Origin: a virus
IMG/VR virus record: IMGVR_UViG_3300031669_000014
Span: 1-64,000 of that record
DNA: 64,000 nt
Reading direction: 5' to 3' (one strand)
Within the stretch, counting starts at the first letter, position 1. Each line of letters begins with the position of its first letter. This document shows, one piece after another, positions 45,841 through 56,787 of the stretch. The position numbers and the translations under genes are program-made. The notes beneath the pieces are model-generated. The model was not told the origin of the DNA and did no database searches. It worked only from the letters and a program-made list of their open reading frames with translations.

Positions 45841-46110
45841 TTATTCATTACCTCCACTCTGATTATTGTTTACGTTTTGATTATTGCTTTGTGTTTGGGT
45901 TACTGCGGGTGGTTCTGGATACTGGTAATCAGTCCTAAAATACAACCATGCGGTACCCATGATGGTAAACGAAAAGGCCAGCATTGCCACTATGAAAGCG
46001 GTTACTAGCCTTTTGTTTATCTCATCAGTCTTGGTTATGATCCGGTCGAATAGCCGGATATTTTCTACTAACAGCGCGGAGATTTCTTTTTGCTCCGTCG
46101 TCTTGTCCAC
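45841..46110 (-). CDS. Single-TM membrane protein B
   Basis: Homolog of 3160-3429. Confidence 0.6.
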   Translation of the reverse strand: MDKTTEQKEISALLVENIRLFDRIITKTDEINKRLVTAFIVAMLAFSFTIMGTAWLYFRTDYQYPEPPAVTQTQSNNQNVNNNQSGGNE

Positions 46111-46182
46111 CCCCTGGTGAAATTTTACAAAAAGGAAATGCCTGACATGGACGCCTCCCGGTAAAGATGGTACTATTTAGGA

Positions 46183-46283
46183 GTAGGCAACAGAGGTTTC
46201 AGCTCTGTTAAAACCCGCCGGGGCCACCCCCTGGGCGGGGCCTACACCAACTAAGAAGGGGAGGGAATTAAACCTCCCCTCTT
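46183..46283. ncRNA. Structured RNA (copy B)
   Basis: GTAGGC/GCCTAC closing stem; other changes confined to loops. Confidence 0.6.
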
Positions 46284-46329
46284 GCATTGAATAAGGTACT
46301 CGGCGTATAATCTCCAATAAAGGAGGTAG

Positions 46330-46560
46330 TTGAGAATGAAGGATTATCTATATCCGCTGTGGCCCCTTTTTGTCTTAGCTTTCTTGGTTTATGGTTTTGA
46401 AATGGGTTTTGTTGTTATAAACCGCATTAAAGAAAAAGCGGGACAACTATTAGAAAGAAGGTGGATTGGTTCTATAATCGCTTTAGTTTTTATGCTAGTC
46501 CTTTTTGCACTAATGGGGCACTTTAACGGGCCATATGTGGATAATCTTTGGGGTTTCTAG
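46330..46560 (+). CDS. Two-TM moron-like protein B
   Basis: Near-identical to 3648-3878. Confidence 0.65.
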   Translation: MRMKDYLYPLWPLFVLAFLVYGFEMGFVVINRIKEKAGQLLERRWIGSIIALVFMLVLFALMGHFNGPYVDNLWGF

Positions 46561-49500
46561 CTACTTTCTTACTGCTATCCCTCCGCCTTTCTTGTAAACC
46601 CGTTCACCCCGGGCCTTCAATATCTGCGTTTTAGCCGCTTCATTGGCGTCGGACATAACATCTTTCATCCGCTTAGCCGCCTCTGCCGGTTTCATGTTTT
46701 CCGACATCCTCGCGAATCCTTTCTGCGTTAATTCCCCTACAAGACGTTGATAATCTGCATATTCCTGCCCGGTCAAAACAAACGACTTGCCGCTTACGGT
46801 GATCTTCTTCGGCATCACCCGGGGGATTTGACTTGTCTCCCCGGTCTGCTCGTAAATCTTGTTGACCATGCCCACCTCGCGGGATGGATTGTACTGGTTT
46901 GTAAATGCCGGGTTCAAGAATACATTAAACGGGCCATTACTTCCCCCTTGGTAAGTTTCTAGCGGCTGCCCCAAGGTACCGTATTTCACCGGGAGGTTAC
47001 CAGCTAACCCAGGTATTTTGTTCCCTACCCTGTTAAGCGCTTCCTGGGTTTTATTCGGGTCGTAAGTCTCTCTCCGCTGGTTGTCGGATAGTTGCTTAAC
47101 CTGATTCAATAGTGTTGGGATAAACGAGGCCGGGACGCCCTCCAGGACCTTAATCAAACCCTGTTCAGCGTTACCGTAGCCGCCGCCAAAAAGGGTTTGG
47201 ATACCCTGCACTACCGGCTGGTCTGCAAAGGCGTTTATACCCGTTCCCAGGGCTTGCAGGATGGTTCCGGCAAGTCCAGCCGCGCTTCCTTTATTGGCGT
47301 CCACGTCTGCGCCGATAGCCAAGGGGATCGCCTGGGGTTGGAACCAATCGAAACTGACGATAGTATCGCCCTTTTGAGTTTTCGTGTCGCCGCCGAACAC
47401 CAGACGCTTTAAGGCCGAGGCATTAAGGCGGTATTCGCCAAATCCTTGTTCCCTATTTAGTTCGGCCAAGTCACGATCCTCTGGCGGTCTGCCAGTAATG
47501 ATTCCTAATTTATGCAGGAGCGCACCGGTACCGAATAAAGCGGTAGACCCGACGAGCGCCCGGGAGAACGATTCAACAAAAGCCTTCTGGTTAAACTGCT
47601 GTTTGACAAGTGGTCTTGCTGCTTCCAGGATGGTCTTGACAAATCCAGCCGGGGAATAATCAATCCCACGCATCAAAAGGTTGGCCGGGGTACGAGGATA
47701 TTTGACAATAAAATCACCTGCGCCAAATTCCTTGCTACCGGTTACTTTGTTTAGTAACTGTTTTATCCCTACGAACAATTTGCTTAAACCGTTATCGTCC
47801 TGGAATGTTTTATACAATCCGTCCAGGTGGGCGACATTTCTCATTTCCTCGGTTGGCGCGTTTACCTTCGCCGCCCTCATCTGATTAAGCAGACTTTCCT
47901 CATAGGCCCCCTGATAGAACGCCCGGTCTGATGCTCTCAATTCGATATTGAGTGCCTTTTCCGCAAACCCTAACGGGCCCTTGCGGAATGTCCTGCCCAG
48001 TGGAATATCAAACTTTCCAGTTAAGCCGGAAGTGTCAACCCCTAAAAGGGCGTCCTCCAGGCCGTGCTTCCACCCCTGCTTGAATCCCTTCGCCTGTGCG
48101 CCAAGGCTCGGCAATACTTTTGTACGCTGGCCGGTCGCCAGTGATAGTGCCTTATCAACGCCAGCACCGACAACGCCACTGACATTTTCCATACCGGCAA
48201 ATCCAAAGTTACCAACTATATTCCGGATTGCCGTCTTGGGGTTCAAAAGCTGGGCCATAGTCTGGATTGAGGCCACCTTACGCAGGAATGGAACGGGAAC
48301 CTGTGCTGCAATAAGATCAAGGGTCTTGGCTATGGCAATGTCTTTGTCCCTACCATCGGACATACTGCCAATCTGTTCCATACGGGTTTTGATGTCACCC
48401 ATGATTTCAGGTTTAACCTGAATTTTTTGGGTTAACTTACCGGAAGTATTTTCAAGATCGCGATTGATGCTACTTATCGTTTTGACGTAATGCTTCTGCA
48501 TTCCCTCCGGGGTCATCTTCCCCCAAAGGCGTAAAGACTGAATGGCCTGGCCTTGAGTAGTAGCCGTCTGTGATATGTTCTGAATTAAATCTGTGGCGTC
48601 CTCAAAACGTCCTTCCGCGTTTGCCTTCTGAACAAGTTTCAGAGCAACGGTGTTTGATAGGTCGGTACCAGGGTTCTCCCGGACGAACCTTTCAGCTTGG
48701 CGCACATCGGTATTGATGATTCTGTCTGCCAATTGAATGGTTCTTTCATTGCTATGAACATCGTAAGCGCCTTGCCCCCCGGGAACCATTTCATTGATTA
48801 AACCGCGCTGTACTTCCGGGGGCGTACCCTCGGCCTTTGCCGCACTTACCCCAAGACTACGGACACGCTGACCATTTGCCAGGGGCTCCATTTTCTCAGG
48901 AATGCGGCGTATAGGACTAATGCCCTGCGGCAATATCCCTCGCCCACCAACCCCAGTTATTGCATTATCTGCAACAACTGACGGTACCGCACCCTCCGGG
49001 GGCGTCCCGCCAAGTATGCGCTCACGGCCAGGTCCGACAAGTTTGGTAGGTTCCGGTATCGCCCCCGCTGCCTGCCCTAATCTGCTAAACTGTGCCTCAT
49101 TTGCCGCCTGTTGACGTAATCCCGGCCTACCTTGTATTGCCTCGACATCGTTCATGAGCTTAGGTAAGTCAATACCAGTGTTGGCCTTGATATCAGCCAA
49201 AGCCGCCTCAACCGTTGTCCCCGGGGGGTACGCCGCAAGTACATCATTGTGCTTGACGAAATTCTGCGCTGTCTGGATTCCCTCGTTAAGGCGATCCATT
49301 GCCGCCTTTTCGGTACCCGGGAGACGAAGAGAAGTAAACGGCTTTTGCGGCGCTGTATCTACCCCAGGAGAAACTTCCGGTATTGGCAGGGTAGATTCTG
49401 CCCCCGGTACCCCTCCCGGCCTCCTGAGCGATTCCAGCGCCTTCCCGCCGCCATGCAACAACATACCCAGCAGCGCATTAGATGCCGCCGCAGTTCCAGC

Positions 49501-50235
49501 CTCGCCGAGGTTAAACGGACGGTCATTTGCCAGCGCCCGGGTTGCCTCATAGGGTAACGTGGTCATACCGACCTTTAGTCCGGTCTGTGCTATCTGCGGA
49601 AGTACGTTAAGTTTGGGGATAAGCGGCAAGGCGCCGCTAATGGCATGTTCCGTGCCACCCCATAGCTTCGCTCCTGCGCTGGCAGGATTACCGGCAAATC
49701 CCATGATATTACCAGCAAAGTCAGCCGTGATATCACCGAATTTACTTCCGGTTGTCACCTTGTCGGGTCGGTCCATCATGCCCATTACTTCTGACCCGGC
49801 CTGACCTGCACGATTAAACCACGAACCTTGCGGTTGCGGGGTTCCCGGTTTCGGGTATAGCTGGGGATACAACTCCTGCCTAATTGGCTCGTATTGTGCG
49901 TTTGATTTTTGATTGAAGTACCGGATCTCATTCATCGGGTTTTTGACAAAATTAGCAATCTGCTTAAAAAATGGCCGACTTGGTTCCGGTTGCGCCTGTG
50001 CCGGTGGGGCTACCGGTGCATCAATAAATAACTCGCTGGCTAGGCGCTTTATCTCTGGTGATCCTTCGCCCGGGATATCGGAACCGGGTGCGGGTGTAGG
50101 CTTTGGCGGTGGGGGCGTATACCCAATGGTATCCAGCTGCCTCCTCCAGTTGTCGTCAAGTTTATCATAGTTGATGGTTCCGTTATTAACGTCATCTGCC
50201 AACACCTGTAAAGCAAACCTGGGAATGTAAGCCAC
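46561..50235 (-). CDS. Large internal virion / DNA-ejection protein B
   Basis: Paralog of 3879-7493 with different N-terminus; GTG 50235 overlaps upstream TAG (track start 50259). Confidence 0.65.
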   Translation of the reverse strand: MAYIPRFALQVLADDVNNGTINYDKLDDNWRRQLDTIGYTPPPPKPTPAPGSDIPGEGSPEIKRLASELFIDAPVAPPAQAQPEPSRPFFKQIANFVKNPMNEIRYFNQKSNAQYEPIRQELYPQLYPKPGTPQPQGSWFNRAGQAGSEVMGMMDRPDKVTTGSKFGDITADFAGNIMGFAGNPASAGAKLWGGTEHAISGALPLIPKLNVLPQIAQTGLKVGMTTLPYEATRALANDRPFNLGEAGTAAASNALLGMLLHGGGKALESLRRPGGVPGAESTLPIPEVSPGVDTAPQKPFTSLRLPGTEKAAMDRLNEGIQTAQNFVKHNDVLAAYPPGTTVEAALADIKANTGIDLPKLMNDVEAIQGRPGLRQQAANEAQFSRLGQAAGAIPEPTKLVGPGRERILGGTPPEGAVPSVVADNAITGVGGRGILPQGISPIRRIPEKMEPLANGQRVRSLGVSAAKAEGTPPEVQRGLINEMVPGGQGAYDVHSNERTIQLADRIINTDVRQAERFVRENPGTDLSNTVALKLVQKANAEGRFEDATDLIQNISQTATTQGQAIQSLRLWGKMTPEGMQKHYVKTISSINRDLENTSGKLTQKIQVKPEIMGDIKTRMEQIGSMSDGRDKDIAIAKTLDLIAAQVPVPFLRKVASIQTMAQLLNPKTAIRNIVGNFGFAGMENVSGVVGAGVDKALSLATGQRTKVLPSLGAQAKGFKQGWKHGLEDALLGVDTSGLTGKFDIPLGRTFRKGPLGFAEKALNIELRASDRAFYQGAYEESLLNQMRAAKVNAPTEEMRNVAHLDGLYKTFQDDNGLSKLFVGIKQLLNKVTGSKEFGAGDFIVKYPRTPANLLMRGIDYSPAGFVKTILEAARPLVKQQFNQKAFVESFSRALVGSTALFGTGALLHKLGIITGRPPEDRDLAELNREQGFGEYRLNASALKRLVFGGDTKTQKGDTIVSFDWFQPQAIPLAIGADVDANKGSAAGLAGTILQALGTGINAFADQPVVQGIQTLFGGGYGNAEQGLIKVLEGVPASFIPTLLNQVKQLSDNQRRETYDPNKTQEALNRVGNKIPGLAGNLPVKYGTLGQPLETYQGGSNGPFNVFLNPAFTNQYNPSREVGMVNKIYEQTGETSQIPRVMPKKITVSGKSFVLTGQEYADYQRLVGELTQKGFARMSENMKPAEAAKRMKDVMSDANEAAKTQILKARGERVYKKGGGIAVRK
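47591..48642. repeat. Identical block, copy 2
   Basis: See 4909-5960. Confidence 0.8.
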
Positions 50236-50579
50236 TAGTATCCACCCCTGCTTTCCCACCCCTGCAATGCGTTCTGTGGGGTTCCATATCGCTTCTTAAT
50301 ATAGCCAATGGAAGATATGATGTTGTCCACCGGGTTGTAAATGTCACCGTGCCCCTCCACGGCGTTCTCCTGGAAGGTAGATGGAAGCATTTGTAAAATT
50401 CCCGTAGCGTGTTCACCGCCAACCGACACGGGATTAACGATCCCCGGGCGAAGGCTGGATTCCTTCTCAGCAAGCGTCCTCAATGCAGGAGCCCAGTCTG
50501 CCCCCACCCCCGTAGCGTTAATGGCCTGGCTTATCCAATCATCAACACCGCCAGGGGCAGAGGCTACTGAGGGTTTCCA
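50235..50579 (-). CDS. Lytic transglycosylase (SLT) domain, probably reached by -1 frameshift
   Basis: KESS catalytic motif, ATGILQMLPSTF, NPVDNI...YIKKRYG; no good start/RBS. Confidence 0.75.
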   Translation of the reverse strand, partial: WKPSVASAPGGVDDWISQAINATGVGADWAPALRTLAEKESSLRPGIVNPVSVGGEHATGILQMLPSTFQENAVEGHGDIYNPVDNIISSIGYIKKRYGTPQNALQGWESRGGY

Positions 50580-52237
50580 GTGGGGAGGCCGTAGCGCTCC
50601 TGTGTTAGTTGTTTAATATAGGCATCATAAACCCAATTTGTTAGACTTGGGTCATTTAATACCCGCTCGTCTTTGTTGGTTAAATCCCTGGCCTTCGCGG
50701 CAATATTAGCCTGGTCGGATTGATCGTTTCGCCCAATTTGATAATCTTGATATTGGGTTATGCCACCGCTACTACCAGTATTCGGGTTATAGTAAGGTTT
50801 GTTAATTTCATATTCTTGCTTTTGCTTCGCAAGGGCAAGCTCGGCTTCTTTGATCGACTGGTTGAACGCATCGGACTTGGTTTTAGCCGCCGTTTCTTCC
50901 CGCTGTAAGCCAAGTTGATCATTCTGTAAGCCAAGAGTTTGATTAAACTGACTAGTCTGCCTTGCCTGATCCTGCCACCAGCGAGTCCATTCATCCTGGC
51001 TTTGGGTTGCCTGGCTCAAGAGGTTTGTTTTTTGACCAGCTGCCCACTGATTTGTCTGCATTTGGTTCTGTGTTAAGTTGCCCATAAGATTTGCACGCTG
51101 GCCGGTCATGCTCATTAATGCACTGTTTAGTTGATCTTGGAGTTGCGACATCCTTCCCGCTAGAAGTTTTTCCTCTGCGCTCATTTGGCCTGTCAAGAGT
51201 CGATTTTCCTCTTCAAGCCATATACCACTTTGGAGAAGGCCGCGCCTATTCATTTCCTCGTTTAGTTGCTGTTTACGGCGATCGATCTCTGTTCGCATTT
51301 CTTTTAATGAAGCCAATGTTGCCGGGTCAAGTTCGGAACCTTGTGCTTGAATTTGATCAATTGTTTTGGTATACATGCTGTCAAATTGCTCTATAGCTTT
51401 TTGCGCTAAAACCATGTTTTGATTAGACATCTGATCAATCATAGAAGTCATTTGCTGCATGTTACTTAAAAAGTCAGGCATTTGCGGTGGTTGTAATATT
51501 TCCGGTTGTGGTGGTATTACGGGTTGTTCAACCGGAGCCCTCATGCCAACAAACTGATCTAGTCCTGTCTGGAAACCTTTGGATGGATCGCTGCCCCACA
51601 GGCTTTGATCGATCTGCGATATATCACCGCCACCCTGTACGTAACCTGCCCTTACATTGCTTGCATTTTCATTTAAAAATTGCTGTTGGTCAGGAGTAGC
51701 AGGCGCATATTTACTTCCTTGGCTTCCAAGATATTCATTTATAGAAGCCGGATCATTTCTGATCATCCCTGGAATAGCTGGTGATTCAATTGGATTTGTT
51801 TTAATGTACCCAGCCTGAACATTAATCCCCGGCGATTGAGATAGAGTTGCCGCTGGTTGCGCTGCTTGACTGACGGGTGCCTGTGCAAAATACGCCGGGT
51901 TGTCACGCTTAAAGTCCTGTGCCGCCTGGTAGTTATCATAGGCCGACGAAGGAGTCCCAGCGGCCTCTCTCTGCGATATAGCCGCAGCGTAAGCCTGTGG
52001 CCCCATATCACTGACATACTGCGAATAAGCTGGGTTTGACGATGCCTTGGTATTACTACCGGGGATGCTGCCTGAATATACCGGATTTGACGCAGCCTTG
52101 CTAGTTGTCGCTTTCGCAGCGGGTTGACTATACGCCGGATTACTAGCCGCTTTTGGTGCGGCTGGCGTTGCCGGTTTGGACGGAGTAAACTCGCCGTAAT
52201 TATTCCAGGTTCCTTGTTGTCCCTTGTAGGTTCCCAT
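50564..52237 (-). CDS. Internal virion/ejection protein (557 aa)
   Basis: KASSNPAYS-type repeats, Q-rich coiled coil, NRRGLLQSG. Confidence 0.6.
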   Translation of the reverse strand: MGTYKGQQGTWNNYGEFTPSKPATPAAPKAASNPAYSQPAAKATTSKAASNPVYSGSIPGSNTKASSNPAYSQYVSDMGPQAYAAAISQREAAGTPSSAYDNYQAAQDFKRDNPAYFAQAPVSQAAQPAATLSQSPGINVQAGYIKTNPIESPAIPGMIRNDPASINEYLGSQGSKYAPATPDQQQFLNENASNVRAGYVQGGGDISQIDQSLWGSDPSKGFQTGLDQFVGMRAPVEQPVIPPQPEILQPPQMPDFLSNMQQMTSMIDQMSNQNMVLAQKAIEQFDSMYTKTIDQIQAQGSELDPATLASLKEMRTEIDRRKQQLNEEMNRRGLLQSGIWLEEENRLLTGQMSAEEKLLAGRMSQLQDQLNSALMSMTGQRANLMGNLTQNQMQTNQWAAGQKTNLLSQATQSQDEWTRWWQDQARQTSQFNQTLGLQNDQLGLQREETAAKTKSDAFNQSIKEAELALAKQKQEYEINKPYYNPNTGSSGGITQYQDYQIGRNDQSDQANIAAKARDLTNKDERVLNDPSLTNWVYDAYIKQLTQERYGLPTGNPQ

Positions 52238-52257
52238 TTTTAACTTACCCCCCCCCT

Positions 52258-52782
52258 CTAAGTAGGCACAAAGATTAATCTTGCCCCCCCGAAGGAGGCC
52301 GTTGCTGCCGCGTTAGACGTTTTATACTCACAAAAAAGGCTTGCCGCGGTCGGCATGGTTAACGCAGAGGAACGGACTGCCGCAAGGCTTGTAGCGCCTG
52401 TCCGTGTTATTGCCGATCCGGTTACCTCCGCCGATCCTATCAGGTGTGCTGTCACCGTCTGCGCTGCGTCCGATATAGCCAAAGACGCCTCAAAATACCA
52501 TGATCCCCCGGTTGTTGGAAACTTCGCCGGGTCCCATGCGAATATTCCAGAGCATCTTACATAACTTGTGCTCGTCGTGGTCGCGTCAGCCGCTGGAATC
52601 GCCAGGGGAACATGCCACTCATCAAGGTTTATTTTACTGAGCGGTATGTCATTTGCACTTAAACTCAACTGGCTGTAAGTCACATTGGATAGATTGTTGT
52701 AAGCATTTTGAATAGTAAAAAAAATCTTCCTTAGTAAATCAGGAATATCCTTGGGTATAATAAGGTTCATTTTTTTGCTCAT
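52258..52782 (-). CDS. Tail-associated structural protein
   Basis: Follows nozzle; beta-rich C-terminus. Confidence 0.5.
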   Translation of the reverse strand: MSKKMNLIIPKDIPDLLRKIFFTIQNAYNNLSNVTYSQLSLSANDIPLSKINLDEWHVPLAIPAADATTTSTSYVRCSGIFAWDPAKFPTTGGSWYFEASLAISDAAQTVTAHLIGSAEVTGSAITRTGATSLAAVRSSALTMPTAASLFCEYKTSNAAATASFGGARLIFVPT

Positions 52783-55700
52783 GAGGCTTTTACCTTTTTC
52801 ATTAGATATTCTTGGAGCAATTCGTGAACTTTCACCCCTCCGTTGGTTGTGGACTGTGTTATGCGGTAGCCAAGGGTACGTATTTTCCTTACTCCAACGG
52901 AACGCGGTTTTAGTTTATATGTTTTAACCTCTGAGTTAGCCGATCCTGTTACGCTTATAGTCAGCGGCGTTCCTATCTCTACGTTATCTACGATGCAGTA
53001 GACACTCAATGTCACGGCAGAGGCAGCAGGGACAATGGCAAGGTAAAGATTCCTTACCTTTTTTTCAGCCGCAGAGCTGCCGAAATTAAAATGTTTCGTT
53101 TTCCATTCAAAACCAATCGCGCTTCCTGCGTCACTGGTTCCGTCGTCTGCCTGTGACAACTGTCCCTCATTGGCGTGGCCATATAGAAGTATTTCCTGCC
53201 CTGCCTCGGTAAACTTCGCATAGCAAGAAGCATGGTCGGAAAAACTTTCTAATAAAAGGCACTTGCGAATAGTATCGTAAATAATCCGCTTATTGTTGTA
53301 GATACTTGCCCCATTGGGAACATCAAACCTCAGTTTGTGGTCAAAATATGCTGCCGCTATTAGGCTTAATCTTCGCTTATTTAAACCGTCCCAGGTGTCT
53401 TTTAAACGTTCGGTAATAAGTGTCACTTGTGATAAATTAGAAAGGTAATACCCTTCCGTAAAGGCAAATCCAAACATATCCCCGGCCCTTGTCAATGAAC
53501 GGGGAGCAATACACCCGGTCCCTGAGTGAAGCCGCCTCACTTCAAAGTCTGAAGGACCACTGCCAACCAATGCCCAAACACTTCTTTGTTTGGTTATAAT
53601 CAAATAATCGTCAAATGATAATAAACCGGTTATCCAGTCGCCGTCGTTGGGGCTAATATCAATAAAACTCAACGCCCCCCATGTTTCGATAGCTAGAACG
53701 TCAGACCATTGCAGCCTTGAAGGGTTGGCCGTTGTGTGGGCCATAAAGGCATAGTTCTTATGTGTCGCCGCATACTGCCCGTGGGGGGGCGTACCTCCTA
53801 ACGTGGCGGTGGCCCCTGTCCCTGTCCACTTCTGGGGCGCATCCAGTTTGTTGGTAATAATCAGCGTCGATGAAAGAGTCGTAAAATAAAATTGGCTTCC
53901 GGCAGTAAACCCGGTGGCCAATTCCACAGCAGCCGGCTCGTCATCATAGGATAGAGTTGAACTCTGCGCGCTCGGACTATCTGATCCGCTTACCGTTCCT
54001 GCTATAGCCATTTGTATATAACTGTGATAAGTTGAATTTATTGTTCCGTCGCCGGCTATTGCCGTCCAAGCATCCCAGGTTGCCTGATCCGTGCTTGTGC
54101 GGGTCCTAAAAGCTGTGGTAGAGCTTCCCGGAGTTGTAGTGGCGTAAGTCACCGCGCCGCTGGTCGTAACAGTTGCCCCGGAAATATCCTTATTTGCGCT
54201 TATCCAAACAAAACCACTTGTAGCCGTTGCTGTTGTCGCGTCGTTGAACTGTGCTAAAAGTAACGTCGCAGGTGTGGAAGTAGGTGCGCTGGCAGTAGTT
54301 AAAAACGTTTGCGACCAAGCATCATTAATAGTCGTACCGTTGGCTAGCTCAGCCCTTAAATCAACCAACTTCAGCGCATCAATAACACCGTTACCCTCGT
54401 AGCCAGCAGAAGTATAGCATCCGGTATAAACCCTTGTCGGCGCTGTCGGTAAGTTAACGTCAGAATTGCTCACATGGACAACCGTTCCTGAGCCAATCTT
54501 ATACCATAGGTGCATACCAGCCGCCAAGTCGCCATATGCAGAGACTAGATTAGCAGCGGCAAAAACTATTACGTCACCAGCCGAATAAGTTAACGCCACA
54601 GATGCCAGCTGAACAATGGTTCCGCCATAGACCTTTTGAAGATATAACTTGTCGTCGGTTGGATTAAAATAGACTGAATAAAAATTTGCTCCATCATTAC
54701 TTAAAGTTAATAAACCCACATTATTTGTTCTGTTTATCGTGCTGGCTTGATCCGGTATCCAAAACCCCGATATAAACCACTCGCTCGGCAATGCCGCTGC
54801 AAGGGTATAATAAAGGCTGTCGGCGTTTCTGGATACACTAGTAGTGGTTGTCACTATTGGCGATACGGGGTATGCCTTATTAATCAAATCAACCTGCCAG
54901 AAGATAGCCGATCCGGTTGCGGCAGCATTTCTAACCCCCCAGGTGGACCCATCGGCAGGGGCAAGGTACATTCTTGCGTTAGTGTTCCCGGTTGAATTAT
55001 TGGTTACTGTAACTGCAAATCTATAATATCCGCTTATTAAGACTGCTGGATGTATAATAACTGAACCAACCGAAGTAACAGAAACAGCATCCCCGGTGGC
55101 TGTGTTGATCTGAATATAGCACTTTTGGGCTGTACCTCCGGATAATTCAAGCCCAAGAAAAGGGAATCTAGTAGCGTCTGTATCTTTTTTGATATAAACA
55201 GAAGCCGTCCATGATGTACTATCGTTTGATATTGTTAACGCTTGAGAAATATATTCCGCGACGGCAGCATCGTCATCGGTTAATGTATCTGCCGTTGTTG
55301 CACCGTCTGGTGCAACAGTTGTATTTGGAGTTACGACGGGGGTCCCGCCAAGTGGCCAAGCTGCATTATCTAATTGCTGGCTGTATAAAATAATATTGGT
55401 AGCTGCTTCATCCATATGGACACCGTTATTAAATTTTCCGGTTTCGTAGGACGGAGTAGCATCAGCAACGCTAACACCATTCTTTTTCCATTTAGTGCCT
55501 GTGCGGGCAAAAGTAGCAACCGGAGCCGCCAAGACCTTAATATCCCCCGCCGTGGTCGTTGTGTCGCAGTTACAGCGGTGGGCGGTTGCTTCCTGCCAAT
55601 CGGCCTGGTCGGTCCAACTATAGATCAGGTGCGGCGTATCTTTATAAAGCTTTGTTCCTGCACCAAAAACAAGCCGGGAGGTAGTAGTATCAGGGTAAAA

Positions 55701-55955
55701 GTCAGTTATGCCATTACAGGCGTTGGAGGCGTCAAATGCAGAACCGAACCGTTCTGTTCGGCCCTCGCAGGTTTTTACAGTCCCTTTTTCATCCAGGGAT
55801 GCATTGGTAAGGCTTGCCGCTTCGTTATCGTTTAAAAGCGTAGGATATACCACACCATCAACCATACCGCCCGATTGGTCAACCAGCCTGCCTAGTTGAT
55901 AGCCACCCGATCCCTGAATAATGGGTTTATTTTTCGCCACCCGCCTCACCCCCAA
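52779..55955 (-). CDS. Tail nozzle B with inserted carbohydrate-binding/LamG-like domains
   Basis: DQSGGM N-terminus; RLQWSD, GDWITGL, GCIAPRS, WKTKHFNFG; insert ATNIILYSQQL...SRNADSL. Confidence 0.7.
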   Translation of the reverse strand: MGVRRVAKNKPIIQGSGGYQLGRLVDQSGGMVDGVVYPTLLNDNEAASLTNASLDEKGTVKTCEGRTERFGSAFDASNACNGITDFYPDTTTSRLVFGAGTKLYKDTPHLIYSWTDQADWQEATAHRCNCDTTTTAGDIKVLAAPVATFARTGTKWKKNGVSVADATPSYETGKFNNGVHMDEAATNIILYSQQLDNAAWPLGGTPVVTPNTTVAPDGATTADTLTDDDAAVAEYISQALTISNDSTSWTASVYIKKDTDATRFPFLGLELSGGTAQKCYIQINTATGDAVSVTSVGSVIIHPAVLISGYYRFAVTVTNNSTGNTNARMYLAPADGSTWGVRNAAATGSAIFWQVDLINKAYPVSPIVTTTTSVSRNADSLYYTLAAALPSEWFISGFWIPDQASTINRTNNVGLLTLSNDGANFYSVYFNPTDDKLYLQKVYGGTIVQLASVALTYSAGDVIVFAAANLVSAYGDLAAGMHLWYKIGSGTVVHVSNSDVNLPTAPTRVYTGCYTSAGYEGNGVIDALKLVDLRAELANGTTINDAWSQTFLTTASAPTSTPATLLLAQFNDATTATATSGFVWISANKDISGATVTTSGAVTYATTTPGSSTTAFRTRTSTDQATWDAWTAIAGDGTINSTYHSYIQMAIAGTVSGSDSPSAQSSTLSYDDEPAAVELATGFTAGSQFYFTTLSSTLIITNKLDAPQKWTGTGATATLGGTPPHGQYAATHKNYAFMAHTTANPSRLQWSDVLAIETWGALSFIDISPNDGDWITGLLSFDDYLIITKQRSVWALVGSGPSDFEVRRLHSGTGCIAPRSLTRAGDMFGFAFTEGYYLSNLSQVTLITERLKDTWDGLNKRRLSLIAAAYFDHKLRFDVPNGASIYNNKRIIYDTIRKCLLLESFSDHASCYAKFTEAGQEILLYGHANEGQLSQADDGTSDAGSAIGFEWKTKHFNFGSSAAEKKVRNLYLAIVPAASAVTLSVYCIVDNVEIGTPLTISVTGSANSEVKTYKLKPRSVGVRKIRTLGYRITQSTTNGGVKVHELLQEYLMKKVKAS

Positions 55956-56223
55956 ACTCAGACAGTATCAGTCTTACAGCAAGTTCTTTTGTCGTCTCAA
56001 ACGCCCGCATTTCCATACCCACATCAGAAGAATCACCAACCGCCTCAGAAGTATAGAGCATACAACGGGGGGCCCTGGAAAGGGCATACTTCCCTTCTTC
56101 GGTGTCAAAGTAGGCTTCCAACTCCTGGCGCATTTTTTCTAAAGTAGAAAACGAGGCTTTTTTGCCTCGTTCCCACCCGTTCCTCTTTACCATTTTTAAA
56201 AGCTCGTCGCGTTTCATTCCCAC
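55927..56223 (-). CDS. Hypothetical protein
   Basis: ORF track, between adaptor and nozzle. Confidence 0.5.
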   Translation of the reverse strand: MGMKRDELLKMVKRNGWERGKKASFSTLEKMRQELEAYFDTEEGKYALSRAPRCMLYTSEAVGDSSDVGMEMRAFETTKELAVRLILSEFGGEAGGEK

Positions 56224-56756
56224 GTCATCCTTTTGGTTTGAGATTGCTCCCTTTTGTCGTGGCTATGGAGCAGTTTCGCGGCTGCCTTAGCCTTGCCGAT
56301 ACCTTCAAAAACAAGCCGTAGCCCGTCCGCGTTCTGGTCGTTGTCCTGTAGTTTGAATTTCCCAGCCATGTAAGTAGCCATAGCCCTGTGAAAGACGGTA
56401 TTTATCACAGGAGTATTGGCAATCGCTGTGACTGATGTTGGAAGTATAGTGGAAGTTATTGTATACGTGTCTGCGTCGGGTATTCTTATTTCGTCGCGAT
56501 CATAGTTGATCTCGTATTCCCCTGTATATTTGTCGCTATTAGAATCGAGTATCTCTACTATTTGGAGGTGTCCGCTGGTGCGGGCATACCATGTGTCGGA
56601 ATCAGCCACAGTGAGGCTCTGCGCTGCCGTATAACGAAACACCTCGACAAGCACCGCTTCTTCCATGAAGTCATTCGTCCAGCGTATAGCGTCGGCGTCC
56701 TCTATGGTGTCGTCAACGTAAGATTCCGCAAGGGTTTGGATATCTTCAACAGTCAT
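56214..56756 (-). CDS. Head-tail adaptor B
   Basis: MTVEDI...FHRAMATY; position. Confidence 0.6.
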   Translation of the reverse strand: MTVEDIQTLAESYVDDTIEDADAIRWTNDFMEEAVLVEVFRYTAAQSLTVADSDTWYARTSGHLQIVEILDSNSDKYTGEYEINYDRDEIRIPDADTYTITSTILPTSVTAIANTPVINTVFHRAMATYMAGKFKLQDNDQNADGLRLVFEGIGKAKAAAKLLHSHDKREQSQTKRMTWE

Positions 56757-56787
56757 AAAAAATACCCCCTTTCATGGGAGTTAAAAA

